A stretch of DNA of 64,000 nt from an uncultured Ruficoccus sp. GTDB taxonomy: Bacteria; Verrucomicrobiota; Verrucomicrobiia; Opitutales; Cerasicoccaceae. A model generated the notes under the pieces. That model ran no database searches. It was not told the DNA's origin and worked only from the letters and a program-made list of their open reading frames with translations. Position numbers and translations under genes: made by a program. Positions within the stretch are counted from its first letter, which is position 1. Each line of letters begins with the position of its first letter. Location of the stretch: contig OZ223517.1 in the NCBI GenBank assembly GCA_965140785.1, positions 1 to 64,000 of the forward strand, read 5' to 3'. Below are positions 19,208 to 28,195 of the stretch, piece by piece.

Positions 19208-19584
19208 TTCACACCTCCCGCTTTACCGCCGAGAAGGGAACTCCGCACCTGTGACAGAATCTGGCTTAGCTCGTCAAGCGTAGCCTGCGCACGTGCTGAG
19301 CCGGGATGATCGTTCCCGGTATGGCAGCGATGGGCGAGTTGGTTCAGGTTGGATGCGGCCTTCGATAGTTCTCGCCACTGGTCCTGATTGACCGCTGGGA
19401 TGGGCACACTGGCCTGCACGGTTGAGCCAAGGGCGGCATCCCGCAAGTAAGTGCTGAGGGTCTTGCCCGCAGCCGTGGCCTTGGGCTGCACAACTTCAAG
19501 GTCGGCGGGGCTTAGTTTACTGGTGACCGGTATCCGGCGACTATAAAAATTTATGGGGTTCGGGTTCTTGCATGGGGTAGTCAT
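19204..19584 (-). CDS. mobC: MobC relaxosome accessory protein (RHH)
   Basis: AAGKTLSTYLRDAAL and ASNLNQLAHR motifs; its stop overlaps the relaxase start. Confidence 0.85.
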   Translation of the reverse strand: MTTPCKNPNPINFYSRRIPVTSKLSPADLEVVQPKATAAGKTLSTYLRDAALGSTVQASVPIPAVNQDQWRELSKAASNLNQLAHRCHTGNDHPGSARAQATLDELSQILSQVRSSLLGGKAGGVN

Positions 19585-19640
19585 GCAAATAGTGTAACCC
19601 GAAATGGGTATACGTGATTGAATTATTTTTCACAAAAAGC

Positions 19641-19670
19641 GTTTTAGGTACACCTAAAACATATCTTGCT
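19641..19670 (+). other. Putative oriT
   Basis: Inverted repeat GTTTTAGGT-AC-ACCTAAAAC followed directly by ATATCTTGC (RP4-like YATCCTG^Y nic variant), upstream of mobC. Confidence 0.7.
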
Positions 19671-19806
19671 GAAGATCCCAGAGTCCAGTGTCGGAGAAGA
19701 CCCTACGGGCTAGCGCACGCCAATCACTCTTCGTCCTCAACCAAAACCAAATCCAAACCCATTTGCCAAAGATCGATGCGAACCTGCGAGGGGAAGTTCA
19801 TCTTAT

Positions 19807-20469
19807 TCATCCTGATGGCGAAGCTGTAATCACCCTCGATCCCCGTATGGTCCTCAACCGGAAGCCAACCTCAGAGGAAATAAAGTCGGCCAGGTCTCCC
19901 ATCGAGTAGCTCGTGAATGTTATACCATCCCACGCATTTTCGAACGTTGTATCGCTTTTGCTACCAAGCTGCTTCAGCACCTCCTCTGTACTGCCCTTGG
20001 GGACAAGCAAGAAACGAATACTGGTTTGCTCATTCACTGCAATCTCACTCGTCGTAGCGGGATTAAGCAGATACACATTCCCATTGATCTGCTTGCAGTA
20101 AAAATCTGACGTAAGTGTGGTAGTCCCAATCTTTCCGGGCGGGCCATCTTGAGCTACGATGAATATGTATCCCTCGGCATCGAACTTTATTGGGATACCC
20201 TCGGCGTTGAGGCTCGGGTATAGCTCCGTCTCGTATATCTTGTATTCGTTTTCCGCCCAAAATTGGCACATTTCCTTGAAAAGGTCAGCCCCATCATCGA
20301 GTCGAACTGGCGGGGTCTCATAGAGCACCCCTAGCTCTTTTACGTCAGCATCCTCGATAGCTGACTTTAACCGCTGAACAAGCTGAGCGGTATCTTTAGG
20401 CCCATCACTGCGTTCCGCAGAACACCCGGTTAAAAACAGAACTACGCACAGTAGACCACAGAGACGCAT
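19807..20469 (-). CDS. Lipoprotein of unknown function
   Basis: MRLCGLLCVVLFLTG|C lipobox, starting at ATG 20469. Confidence 0.7.
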   Translation of the reverse strand: MRLCGLLCVVLFLTGCSAERSDGPKDTAQLVQRLKSAIEDADVKELGVLYETPPVRLDDGADLFKEMCQFWAENEYKIYETELYPSLNAEGIPIKFDAEGYIFIVAQDGPPGKIGTTTLTSDFYCKQINGNVYLLNPATTSEIAVNEQTSIRFLLVPKGSTEEVLKQLGSKSDTTFENAWDGITFTSYSMGDLADFISSEVGFRLRTIRGSRVITASPSG

Positions 20470-20540
20470 GTCATCTTTTGAAACAGGTTTCGCCCCATGC
20501 GTAAAGAGTAAGTCGTTCAACCAATCATACCGAAAAGCGA

Positions 20541-21959
20541 TTACTTCGAGGGCTTCTTTTTGCCCGGTCTTCCACGCTTCAGGGACACGCCTAGTTTGCA
20601 GACATAGCGGGAGATTTGGGAACATGAGAGTTTGATCCCATGCCCCGCCTTCAATCCGGCCTGAATGGTGGCGAGGGTGGAATCCGCCTTGAGTAATCCC
20701 TTGATGGCGGCAGCAAGGGCCTCCCGATCAAGGGCTCGACTGCCCTTCTTTTTCTCGGCGGCAATCTCCTCGGTGTAGATGGTGCCCAAGCCCATCGTCC
20801 GGCATTCTGCGGTGGACAGCCCAAAGAACTTGGCCAGCCCAATCGCCGTATGCCGGGGAACCTCTGACGCTGTAAAAGCCAGTTCGACTAAATCCTCGGG
20901 CGGTGTGTCGTTCGCCTCACAGGGATAGGCCGGGAGGCATTTGCGGGCGTGCTGATTCAGCAGGTCAACTGTGGCTGGTTTGCTCCAGCCTGCCGCCCTT
21001 GCGGTAGCGGCCAAAATCAGCAGGGTCTTGTACCGAAACCCGTGTTTGACCGGGTGGGCGGCAATCACCGACTCCAAGTCGGTCAGCCTGCGAGCGCCAA
21101 GAGCGAGTTGGCCTTGCTTGCCCGCGCACTGCCGTTGGTAGCGTAAGCGCGGACTCACAGTCTTCTTTGGCAGGGTTTCGTCGGGCCTGACCACCTGCAA
21201 CACGGGCAACACCACAGTCGAAGATGAGCCAGGTCTCAATCCAAGCCTCTCGGCCAACAACTCCATCTTGTAGGGTGGACGGTCGCCAAGGGTGTATTTG
21301 ACCGTCGTTCCCGATTTCCCGTTGGTGCTGCCGGGGAGCCGTAAAACACGGGCGGCGTCATGGATGCCATCGGGACAAAGCTCGGGGGCATGGTCTGCTA
21401 TATGGCCAGCCAGAGCCCGGTTCAGTAACTTGTACAAGTCCACATCCCGCGCATGGGAGCTGTGAGGGTACAGCATCCACAGGGCATACAGGCCACGGCC
21501 CGAATCGGCCACCAGCGACGCTTGAGGGAGAGTCGCCTTAGCGATGGCTCGCTCCAAGGCATCAGCGGCGGCATCCCAACCAGCCAACCGACAGGAGTGG
21601 TAAAAGTCCATGTCCACATACAGGAATCTCAGGTCTTGCAAGTTCACCTCCTGACGCTGGCCCGGCAGGGCTGCTCCGGTACGTCGGCAGGTGCCTTTGT
21701 TATAGACCCGGTGGAAGCCGTTCGGCTGCATGGGGCCGACCCGGTAGAATGTATTCAGCGTAAAATACACATCGGTCAATTCAGTCGGGGGAAGCAGCTC
21801 GTACACACGGCCCACGTCCTTAACCGGCAGAGCCCCGATGTGCTGCCAGCCGGTGCCGGTGGCTGACTTTCTGGCGAAGATGACGTAGCCTTCGCCCAGT
21901 CCGGCGATTTGCTCAAAGAGCTTCTTGGGGTTGGATAGGGTATCAGCGTGGTAAACCAT
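20541..21959 (-). CDS. Replication initiator with RepB-primase/AEP-like domain
   Basis: YFTLNTF, LYVDMDF, DSGRGLYALW and DAARVLRLPGSTNGKSG motifs; HTH-like C-terminus. Confidence 0.75.
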   Translation of the reverse strand: MVYHADTLSNPKKLFEQIAGLGEGYVIFARKSATGTGWQHIGALPVKDVGRVYELLPPTELTDVYFTLNTFYRVGPMQPNGFHRVYNKGTCRRTGAALPGQRQEVNLQDLRFLYVDMDFYHSCRLAGWDAAADALERAIAKATLPQASLVADSGRGLYALWMLYPHSSHARDVDLYKLLNRALAGHIADHAPELCPDGIHDAARVLRLPGSTNGKSGTTVKYTLGDRPPYKMELLAERLGLRPGSSSTVVLPVLQVVRPDETLPKKTVSPRLRYQRQCAGKQGQLALGARRLTDLESVIAAHPVKHGFRYKTLLILAATARAAGWSKPATVDLLNQHARKCLPAYPCEANDTPPEDLVELAFTASEVPRHTAIGLAKFFGLSTAECRTMGLGTIYTEEIAAEKKKGSRALDREALAAAIKGLLKADSTLATIQAGLKAGHGIKLSCSQISRYVCKLGVSLKRGRPGKKKPSK

Positions 21960-22243
21960 CCTATGGTTTACCTCATTTTAAAAATCACGTAAGCGACCCC
22001 GGACGCGTCACTTCATCTCACAGAAATCTACTCCAGATATAATCCTCCCTCCCTCTCCTATATTGGCAAAATCGTGCAAGATTTTGCCGGGGGGGGGGAA
22101 TAGGCTCAGTTACCCCTCATTCCTAACGGTCAACATACACCTTTTAGGCGGTAAAAACGGGGCATTTTTCCACCCTCAAAATGCCCCTTGGGCAAATATC
22201 GTGTCCACATTTGGCCACAGAAGGCCCGTTTAGAGGAACTAAA

Positions 22244-22265
22244 AAGTGTGACAGAAGTGTGACAG
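22244..22265. repeat. 11-bp tandem direct repeat (AAGTGTGACAG x2), candidate integrase arm-type sites
   Basis: Exact duplication about 70 bp from the tRNA 3' end. Confidence 0.55.
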
Positions 22266-22298
22266 TGATTTTCAGGCCCCTCAAAACCCGGAAAAGAA

Positions 22299-22330
22299 AA
22301 ATCCCGTAAATCGTTGAATTCACGGGATTT
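22299..22330 (-). terminator. Hairpin terminator downstream of tRNA-Thr
   Basis: AAATCCCGT...ACGGGATTT arms followed by a T-rich tract on the minus strand. Confidence 0.65.
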
Positions 22331-22334
22331 AAAG

Positions 22335-22410
22335 TGGAGCCGGGGGACGGAATCGAACCGACGACCTACTGATTACAAATCAGTTGCTCTACCAACTGAG
22401 CTAACCCGGC
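22335..22410 (-). tRNA. tRNA-Thr(UGU)
   Basis: GCCGGGTTAGCTCAGTTGGTAGAGCAACTGATTTGTAATCAGTAGGTCGTCGGTTCGATTCCGTCCCCCGGCTCCA; 76 nt, anticodon TGT, encoded CCA. Confidence 0.97.
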
Positions 22411-22606
22411 GTTGTTGATCGGGGGCTGATTGGGCTCCGGATCGGGTGGGTTGCGAAGGGGCCCACCATGGGAGGGCTGCCAGCAACAAGGGCGCATAAT
22501 AGTATCGAGCAGGAGTCCGTCAAGCGGGTTTAAGCCATGACGGAAGTAAAGCCTATTGCACTTCGAAATATTTGTATTTTGTAACGTCTTTCTTATACAT
22601 CAGGGT

Positions 22607-23494
22607 ATGAAGACCGTTCTCTGCCTCTCTGTATTTTTACTCGGTATCTTCTGCGCGCAAGCGGAGGTTAATTTCCGGGGCGTCAAGTTTGTCATCGGCC
22701 CCAGCGCGTTTCGCGAGGGCGATTTGATCGAGATCGACGAGGTTTATGCGACCGATGACGACTTCGAAGCAGGCGACCAGGTCGTCGTGCGGGGGCAATA
22801 CCGATTGGGGAGTCACGAGGCGGCCAAGCTCAGCCTGTTCGTGACTCAGACAGAGGGGGACGGGCGCAGCCAGATTCAGCCCGCCCAGCAGTTGCGGATC
22901 GAGAGTGGCAGCGGCCCGTTTGAGTTGCGGGTAAAAATGCCGGCAGACGGCTACCTGCATGTCACGTTTTATAGCTTGGGGGAAGGTAATCCTTTTGGCG
23001 GGGTGTACTTCGGCACGCGGGAGCAGATGCAGAAGATTAATTACTGGACGCTGGATCGCTATCTGGCAAACACGACTACCCCCACGCCCCGCGCCAAGGT
23101 CCATCCAGTCAACTTTACGGACGGACCCAGCGCGTTTCTACCCGGGGATTTCATCAAGGTCGAATCGGTGGAAGCCTCCAGCGACGACTTCAGAAAAGGC
23201 GACACCGTCGTCGTGCACGGACGCTACCGATTGGAGAGTTATGAGGCGGCGAACATGATGTTGACGGTTACGCAGACCAGCGGCAGTGGAAAAACACAGG
23301 TTCAGTCTGACCAGCAGAAGCACATCGAGCGCGGCAGCGGGGATTTTGAACTACGGATCACCATGCCAGCCAATGGTTATCTGCACCTGGGCTTTTATCC
23401 CACCGGCGGCAAGGGCCGCGGCAGCGCGTACATCGGGACGAAAAAGCAGATGCAGGCGATCAAAGACTGGCCACTTGAAGACCGGTTAAAGTAA
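22607..23494 (+). CDS. Secreted protein with a tandemly duplicated ~130-aa domain
   Basis: Signal peptide MKTVLCLSVFLLGIFCAQA; two copies of GPSAF..GD.I...DDF..GD.VVV.G.YRL.S.EAA...GYLH..FY...GT..QMQ.I..W.L. Confidence 0.8.
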   Translation: MKTVLCLSVFLLGIFCAQAEVNFRGVKFVIGPSAFREGDLIEIDEVYATDDDFEAGDQVVVRGQYRLGSHEAAKLSLFVTQTEGDGRSQIQPAQQLRIESGSGPFELRVKMPADGYLHVTFYSLGEGNPFGGVYFGTREQMQKINYWTLDRYLANTTTPTPRAKVHPVNFTDGPSAFLPGDFIKVESVEASSDDFRKGDTVVVHGRYRLESYEAANMMLTVTQTSGSGKTQVQSDQQKHIERGSGDFELRITMPANGYLHLGFYPTGGKGRGSAYIGTKKQMQAIKDWPLEDRLK

Positions 23495-23753
23495 GATGGG
23501 TTCATGGTTGGACCGGTGGGGCGCCTGATTTTATCGCTGAGGCGCTGGCACGGCTGACGGTCAGATGTTCTGGTGAGTCAGCCGGCCCTCTCCCCGGCAA
23601 GCGGTTGTCAGTGAATCGCTTGATGAGGTGGGAATAAGCCCGAACCGCGAATCGTCTGCCGCGACAGGGCGGTCCCCTTTTTGCGGATGCGCAAACTCGG
23701 CGCTCGCTTTTTACGGAAAAACTGTCACGTTGGCCCGCTTTATCCAGATTTCC

Positions 23754-25592
23754 ATGAGCGCAACAGCCCTTCCAGCAACGGCGGAAAAAATCCGCAACAT
23801 CGCGATTATCGCCCACGTCGACCACGGCAAAACCACCCTGGTGGACTGCCTGCTGCAACAATCCGGCACCTACCGGGAGAACCAGGCCGTGCCCGAACGG
23901 GCCATGGACAGCATGGACCTCGAGCGCGAGAAGGGCATCACGATTAAGGCCAAGAACACCGCCATCCAGTGGAACGGCTATACGATTAATATCGTGGACA
24001 CGCCCGGGCACGCGGACTTCGGCGCCGAGGTCGAGCGTGTGATGAAGATGGTGGACGGCGTGCTCCTGCTGACCGACGCGGTCGGCGGCCCCCAGGCCCA
24101 GACCCGCTGGGTCCTGCGTAAGGCGCTCGGCCACGGCCTGAAGACCATTTGCGTGGTCAATAAGGTGGACCGCGAGACCTCGCGCTCCCACTGGGTGCAT
24201 GACAAGGTGCTGGAATTGTTCCTCGACCTGGAGGCTTCCGAAGACCAGTTCAACGCCCCCTTCCTCTACGCCTCGGCCAAAAACGGCTGGGCCGACCGCG
24301 AACTGGACGGCCCCCGCGAGAACATGACCGCGCTCTTTGAGACGATTGTCGAGCACGTGCCTGCTCCGCAGGTAGAGGAGGGCGAATTCCGCATGCTCGT
24401 TTCCAATATCGACTGGGACGACTTTGTGGGGCGTCTGGCCATCGGCCGCATCCTCTCCGGGCGCGTTTCGGCCGGAGACACCATTTACGCCCTGCGCAAG
24501 AACGGCCAGCGCGAGCGCGTCAAGATCACCAAGCTGATCCGCTTCACCGGTCTGGGCGTTCAACCGGTCGAGGAGATGGGCGCGGGCGACATCGTCGGGA
24601 TCGCCGGGTTTGAGGAGATCGACATCGGCGACACCCTTTCGGGAGAAAAAGAAGCCGAGCCCCTGCCCTTCATGACCATCGACCCGGCCACGATTGAGAT
24701 GGAGTTCCATGTCAACGACGGCCCGCTGGCCGGCAAGGACGGCAAGAAGGTGACCTCACGCCAAGTCCGCGACCGTCTCATCCGCGAGACCAAGAGCAAT
24801 ATTTCCATCCAGATCAAGGACACCGAGGAGGGCACACGCTTTCTCGTCGCGGCGCGCGGGGCGATGCAGATCGCCGTGCTGCTGGAGACGATGCGCCGCG
24901 AGGGTTACGAGGTCATGGCCTCCCGCCCGACCGTGCTCTACAAGGAGATTGACGGCACGATTTGTGAGCCGTACGAGCAGGTCTGGGTCGAGGTCCCCGA
25001 GGACATGCTCGGCTCCATCATGGAGAACCTCTCCACCCGCAAGGCGCAGATTACCAACATGGAGCATCACAACGCGGGCGTGACGATCGAGGCCGTCATC
25101 TCGACCCGCGGGCTGATCGGCTTCGAGAGCGACCTGGTCACGCTGACCAGCGGTCACGGGGTGTGCTCGCACATGTTTCTAGAATACCGTCCGCGCGGCG
25201 GCGAAATCGTCACCCGCCAGACCGGCACGCTGGTCTCGATGGAAACGGGCACCAGCATGCCCTACTCCCTGGACATTATCCAGGCGCGCGGGAAGTTATT
25301 TGTCGGCGTCGGCGAGGACATTTACAATGGCCAGATCGTGGGCGAATGTCCGCGCAAGGAGGACCTGCCCGTCAACCCGTGCAAGGCCAAGCATCTGGAC
25401 AACATGCGCTCCTCGGGCAACGACAAGAACATCCAGCTTGCCCCGCCCATCCGCTTCTCACTGGAGCGGGCGATCGAGTACATCGCCGCCGACGAGCTGG
25501 TCGAGGTCACCCCGCACCACCTGCGCCTGCGCAAACGCATCCTCGACGCCGAAATGCGCCGCAAGATCACCAAGCGCATGAAGCGCGACTAA
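23754..25592 (+). CDS. typA: Translational GTPase TypA/BipA
   Basis: IRNIAIIAHVDHGKTT, DTPGHADFG, NKVD and DELVEVTP motifs. Confidence 0.97.
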   Translation: MSATALPATAEKIRNIAIIAHVDHGKTTLVDCLLQQSGTYRENQAVPERAMDSMDLEREKGITIKAKNTAIQWNGYTINIVDTPGHADFGAEVERVMKMVDGVLLLTDAVGGPQAQTRWVLRKALGHGLKTICVVNKVDRETSRSHWVHDKVLELFLDLEASEDQFNAPFLYASAKNGWADRELDGPRENMTALFETIVEHVPAPQVEEGEFRMLVSNIDWDDFVGRLAIGRILSGRVSAGDTIYALRKNGQRERVKITKLIRFTGLGVQPVEEMGAGDIVGIAGFEEIDIGDTLSGEKEAEPLPFMTIDPATIEMEFHVNDGPLAGKDGKKVTSRQVRDRLIRETKSNISIQIKDTEEGTRFLVAARGAMQIAVLLETMRREGYEVMASRPTVLYKEIDGTICEPYEQVWVEVPEDMLGSIMENLSTRKAQITNMEHHNAGVTIEAVISTRGLIGFESDLVTLTSGHGVCSHMFLEYRPRGGEIVTRQTGTLVSMETGTSMPYSLDIIQARGKLFVGVGEDIYNGQIVGECPRKEDLPVNPCKAKHLDNMRSSGNDKNIQLAPPIRFSLERAIEYIAADELVEVTPHHLRLRKRILDAEMRRKITKRMKRD

Positions 25593-25685
25593 GGTGCGTG
25601 CCCGCACAGGACATTAAGGAACTACGCCCCTATGCGCCAGAACGGCGGCTACTCAGGGGATATCGGGCACCGAGAGCATTGCCTG

Positions 25686-25854
25686 CCACGGCCAAGGCCC
25701 TTTCCCGGTACTTTGCGCGGCTCCCGACCTGCTGGAAGCTCTGCGAGACCTCAAGCATGCCATCACCGAAATCCTGCTCCGGCCAGGCATCCAGATATTC
25801 TTCTATGAGGAGCTAAACAAGGCCACCTCCGTGCTGGCCAAGACGGTGGATTAA
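25686..25854 (+). pseudogene. Frameshifted phage-like gene remnant
   Basis: ATAKALSRYFA, then a frame change to AAPDLLEALRDLKHAI...LNKATSVLAK*. Confidence 0.35.
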
Positions 25855-26030
25855 GCGGTCTTAGCTGTGGCATGGGCTGAATACCTGAGGCATCGCCTCC
25901 GGCCCGGACTCCGCATTCCTGTCTTGCTCCGCGGCACCGGGCGCGGTAGAGCGTAGGCGAATTCTTTAACCTGCATCAATGCCTCTCGCGGGCACAGTCA
26001 CCGGACGCCTGACGCGATACCCAGATTGTC

Positions 26031-27119
26031 ATGAAATTACTCATCACCGGCGGGGCGGGATTTATCGGCTCAAATCTGGTCCGGTATCTTCTCAAAGAGG
26101 TCGGCGCCGAAGTGGTGAATGTGGACAAGCTCACCTACGCGGGGAATTTGCAATCGCTAGCCGACCTGGAGAGCGAAGCGGGCTATGCCTTTGAACACAT
26201 CGACCTGGGCGAGCCGGAGGCGGTGCGAGCGGTTTTTGCCAGACATCAACCGGATGGCGTGCTACACCTCGCGGCCGAGTCCCATGTGGACCGCTCCATC
26301 GACGGCCCCGAGGCCTTTATCCAAAGCAACATTCTCGGCACCTATCACCTGCTGCAAGCGGCGCTGGAGTATTTTCAGTGCCTGCCCGCCGGGCGGAGGG
26401 AGAGCTTCCGCTTCCTCCATGTGTCCACGGACGAGGTTTACGGGGCGCTGAGCGCGGACGGGCCGGGCTTCGTGGAGAGCAGTCCCTACCGGCCGCACTC
26501 GCCCTACGCCGCCAGCAAGGCCGCCTCCGATCACCTGGCACGGGCCTGGCACGATACCTACGGTCTGCCCGTCGTGGTGACCAACAGTTCCAACAATTAC
26601 GGTCCTTTCCAGTTTCCCGAAAAGCTCATCCCGCTCACGATCCTCAAAGCCCTGCGCGGCGAGCCCATCCCGGTCTATGGCCGGGGCGAGAACGTCCGCG
26701 ACTGGCTCTATGTGGAGGATCACTGCCGCGCCCTGTGGGAGATTTACCGCCGGGGCCGCACAGGCGAAAACTACAACATCGGCGGCGGGAGCGAATACCG
26801 CAATATCGACCTCGTGCGCACCCTCTGCGGGCTGCTGGACGAGTTGGCCCCCTCGCCTGAGTGCCCGCGCCGGGAGACACTGATATCCTTTGTCGAAGAC
26901 CGGCCCGGGCACGACCTGCGCTATGCCATGGACACGACCAAGCTCGAAAATGAACTGGGCTGGAGGCCCTCCGAGAGCTTGGAGAGCGGTCTGCGCAAAA
27001 CCGTCCGCTGGTACCTGGACAATCGCCCCTGGTGGGAAGCCATCCTCAATGGAAACTATCAACTGGACCGGCTCGGCCTGACCGAGGACGCCCTCACCGC
27101 CCCCCGCAAGCACTCATGA
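26031..27119 (+). CDS. rfbB: dTDP-glucose 4,6-dehydratase
   Basis: [35 protein letters not shown] and DRPGHDLRY motifs. Confidence 0.97.
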   Translation: MKLLITGGAGFIGSNLVRYLLKEVGAEVVNVDKLTYAGNLQSLADLESEAGYAFEHIDLGEPEAVRAVFARHQPDGVLHLAAESHVDRSIDGPEAFIQSNILGTYHLLQAALEYFQCLPAGRRESFRFLHVSTDEVYGALSADGPGFVESSPYRPHSPYAASKAASDHLARAWHDTYGLPVVVTNSSNNYGPFQFPEKLIPLTILKALRGEPIPVYGRGENVRDWLYVEDHCRALWEIYRRGRTGENYNIGGGSEYRNIDLVRTLCGLLDELAPSPECPRRETLISFVEDRPGHDLRYAMDTTKLENELGWRPSESLESGLRKTVRWYLDNRPWWEAILNGNYQLDRLGLTEDALTAPRKHS

Positions 27120-28030
27120 AAGGCATCATCCTGGCCGGCGGGACCGGCACCCGGCTGCACCCGATCACACTGGCCGTCTCCAAGCAGTTGCTCCCGGTTT
27201 ACGACAAGCCGATGATTTACTACCCGCTCTCGGTCCTCATGCTGGCGGACATCCGGGAGATTCTCTTCATCACCACGCCGCAGGATCTGCCGAAGTTTCA
27301 GGAGCTCCTTCAGGACGGCAGCCAGCTGGGCTGCTCCTTTCGCTACGCTGTGCAGGAAGAGCCGGACGGGCTGGCCCGGGCCTTCATCATCGGGGAGGAA
27401 TTTCTGGCCGGGGACAAGGCCGTGCTCATCCTCGGCGACAATATCTTCTACGGCTCCGGTTTGGGCGAGCTGTTGCGCCGGCAGCGGCAGGTGAAGGGCT
27501 GCACAATCTTCGCCTCGCACGTCAACGACCCCGAGCGCTACGGAGTGGTGGAATTCGACGAGCAGGGCCAAGCCGTCTCCATCGAGGAAAAGCCCACCCG
27601 GCCCCGGAGCAACTACGCCATCCCAGGCCTGTACTTTTTCGACGAAACGGTCTGCGACCTTGCCAAGGGCATCCTCCCCTCGGCCCGCGGCGAATATGAA
27701 ATCACGCACCTGATCAATGCTTACCGGGAGCGGGGCGCGCTGACGGTCCACCCCTTCAACCGCGGCATCGCCTGGCTGGACACGGGCACCTTCGCCTCGC
27801 TCAACGAGGCCTCGACCTTCGTCCGGGTGATCGAGGAGCGACAGGGCACCAAGATCGGATGTATCGAAGAGGTGGCCTGGCGCATGGGCACCATCGACGA
27901 CGCCCAGCTCTTCGCCCTGGCTGACCGGTACGCCCAGAGCGGCTACGGCCAGTATCTGCGCACGATACGCGACCAACACGTGGACACGCCGGAGCAGCGG
28001 CACCAGCAGGGAAGGCCGCCGGGCGCTTAG
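27116..28030 (+). CDS. rfbA: Glucose-1-phosphate thymidylyltransferase
   Basis: [33 protein letters not shown] and AWLDTGT motifs. Confidence 0.97.
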   Translation: MKGIILAGGTGTRLHPITLAVSKQLLPVYDKPMIYYPLSVLMLADIREILFITTPQDLPKFQELLQDGSQLGCSFRYAVQEEPDGLARAFIIGEEFLAGDKAVLILGDNIFYGSGLGELLRRQRQVKGCTIFASHVNDPERYGVVEFDEQGQAVSIEEKPTRPRSNYAIPGLYFFDETVCDLAKGILPSARGEYEITHLINAYRERGALTVHPFNRGIAWLDTGTFASLNEASTFVRVIEERQGTKIGCIEEVAWRMGTIDDAQLFALADRYAQSGYGQYLRTIRDQHVDTPEQRHQQGRPPGA

Positions 28031-28195
28031 GGCGCGTGGACAAAATAGCCCGTGAGAGCGGGATATTTCCCTCAAACCCTTGCCAATAAGCAAGTTTCAT
28101 TCAATTTTGGTTTTTGCCTCCCCCCTCTTACTGTTTTGTTGCTCCGCCTTTTGAGGTTGCATGGGGAGTCCTGAAACCAGACATTTTTCACAAAC

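Larger units (their letters stand above)
1700..22334. mobile_element. Integrative mobilizable element / genomic island at the tRNA-Thr 3' end (left boundary uncertain)
   Basis: Contains integrase, serine recombinase, relaxase, MobC, oriT, Rep, ArdC and McrBC; abuts the tRNA 3' end; composition is heterogeneous and lower in GC than the flanks; no T4SS genes. Confidence 0.85.

Noticed and set aside
22244..22265. PHO box (CTGTCAC repeat on the minus strand)
   Set aside because: It fits the consensus, but its position beside a tRNA integration site favours integrase arm sites; not resolved.
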